Origin: a bacterium
GTDB taxonomy: Bacteria; Margulisbacteria; WOR-1; O2-12-FULL-45-9; XYB2-FULL-48-7
Direction of reading: 5' to 3'
NCBI GenBank assembly: GCA_043812655.1
Contig: JBDRLW010000046.1
Location: 21,291-85,290, forward strand
DNA length: 64,000 bases
Part shown: in pieces, positions 62,991 through 64,000 of the stretch
Layout of the letters: each line of letters opens with the position of its first letter
Position numbering within the stretch: the stretch's first letter is position 1
Program-made: the position numbers and the translations under genes
Notes under the pieces: model-generated
The model's database searches: none
Told to the model about the DNA's origin: nothing
Seen by the model: the letters and a program-made list of their open reading frames with translations, nothing else

Positions 62991-63827
62991 ATGGCTGAAT
63001 CACACATCGCAATTTTTAGGGGAAAAGAAATCAGGAAAACCATTTACAACAAAGAATGGTGGTTTTCGGTTGCAGATATAATTGAGGTTTTGACAGATAG
63101 TACCGACCCCAAGCAGTACATTAAAAAGATGAGACAACGGGACAAAGAATTGGATTCGTACTGGGGTACAATTTGTACCCCCCTTGAATTAATGGCTCCA
63201 GATGGAAAAAAGAGAGAAACAAATTGTGCTAACACCGAAGGGGTTTTTCGGATTATTCAATCAATCCCATCGCCTAAAGCGGAACCTTTTAAGCGTTGGC
63301 TAGCAAAAGTAGGGTACGAACGAATACAGGAAATCGAGGATCCGGAATTAGCAACCAAAAGAACAAAAGCCTTATATAAAGCTCAGGGCTACCCTGATAG
63401 TTGGATTGAAAAGAGAATGCGGGGTATAGCTATACGGGAGGAACTGACCGACGAATGGAATGATCGAGGTGTAAAAGAAGAAAGAGAATATGCTATCCTG
63501 ACCGCGGAGATATCCAAAGCCGCTTTCGGCATGACTCCTTCTCAATATAAAAAATTCAAAGGGCTTAAACGTGAAAACTTGCGGGATCACATGAATGACC
63601 TGGAATTGATCTTTTCCATGCTGGGAGAAGCAGCCACAACAGAAATAACCAGAGAAAAGGACGCCAAGGGATTTCATGAAAACAAAGACGCGGCGCAAAG
63701 AGGCGGTAAGATCGCCGGCGACGCCAGAGAAAAGTTGGAAAAAGAAACAAAAAAAAGAATTCCGGTTAAGGACAATTATCTAGCAAAACAGAAGAACATA
63801 CCTAGGGAATTACCAGGAACATTATGA
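62991..63827 (+). CDS. Bro-N domain protein
   Basis: EWWFSVADII, IIQSIPSPKAEPFKRWLA, KRENLRDHMNDLEL. Confidence 0.88.
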   Translation: MAESHIAIFRGKEIRKTIYNKEWWFSVADIIEVLTDSTDPKQYIKKMRQRDKELDSYWGTICTPLELMAPDGKKRETNCANTEGVFRIIQSIPSPKAEPFKRWLAKVGYERIQEIEDPELATKRTKALYKAQGYPDSWIEKRMRGIAIREELTDEWNDRGVKEEREYAILTAEISKAAFGMTPSQYKKFKGLKRENLRDHMNDLELIFSMLGEAATTEITREKDAKGFHENKDAAQRGGKIAGDAREKLEKETKKRIPVKDNYLAKQKNIPRELPGTL

Positions 63828-64000
63828 AAGCCATCGTTCTAGCCGGCGGCCTGGGGACTAGGCTCCATCCACTGACGGTCAATATTCCTAAACCGATGAT
63901 CCCGGTAGCCAACCAGCCAATGATGGAATATGTCATTTATCTTCTCCGAAAACACAATTTTACCGATATCACCGCTCTTCTTTATCATCAACCGGAAACA
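63824..64000 (+). CDS. Sugar-phosphate nucleotidyltransferase (mannose-1-P guanylyltransferase-like), 3'-truncated by window edge
   Basis: MKAIVLAGGLGTRLHPLTVNIPKPMIPV. ATGA overlap with the Bro-N stop. Confidence 0.88.
   Translation, partial: MKAIVLAGGLGTRLHPLTVNIPKPMIPVANQPMMEYVIYLLRKHNFTDITALLYHQPET

Noticed and set aside
62991..63827. Bro-N gene as a prophage marker
   Set aside because: There are no integrase, structural or replication genes nearby.

Overview
Gene-dense bacterial chromosomal window with no rRNA, tRNA, CRISPR array, transposase or prophage core that I can see. The organism is probably an anaerobe. The gene style suggests a non-photosynthetic relative of Cyanobacteria such as Ca. 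Saganbacteria/Margulisbacteria, but this is inference only. Contents in order: (1) tail of a surface-glycan cluster for a heavily modified, probably branched sugar (ThDP enzyme, 2 SDRs, FkbM and C-methyltransferases, Nudix, B12-radical SAM, radical SAM, GtrB/GtrA, GT-C-like); (2) a Na+-bioenergetics block (membrane PPase, V/A-ATPase operon back-to-back with rnfCDGEAB) and a P-type ATPase; (3) CIRCE-groESL, nusA-infB-rbfA-DHH-truB-nnrE-ligA-trmH-pheST; (4) a DUF4160/DUF2442 pair, mutS, ArsP/Trx/CcdA, tandem ThyX; (5) a three-GH57 alpha-glucan cluster, a G9-frameshifted membrane gene, Bro-N and a partial nucleotidyltransferase. The strongest unexplained signal is below gene level. Several different 7-bp tandem arrays and bulged REP-like hairpins sit in frame inside housekeeping genes (truB, ligA, mutS, nnrE) and also occur intergenically, one nested in another. 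CGATCG (the HIP1 core) is locally very dense. Other oddities: NusA carries a C-terminal IF2_N-like domain, the PPase lacks one unit of its DNVGDNVGD motif, V-ATPase subunits E and C are short, the toxin-antitoxin-like pair is bounded by a duplication of the mutS start, and several genes look leaderless.
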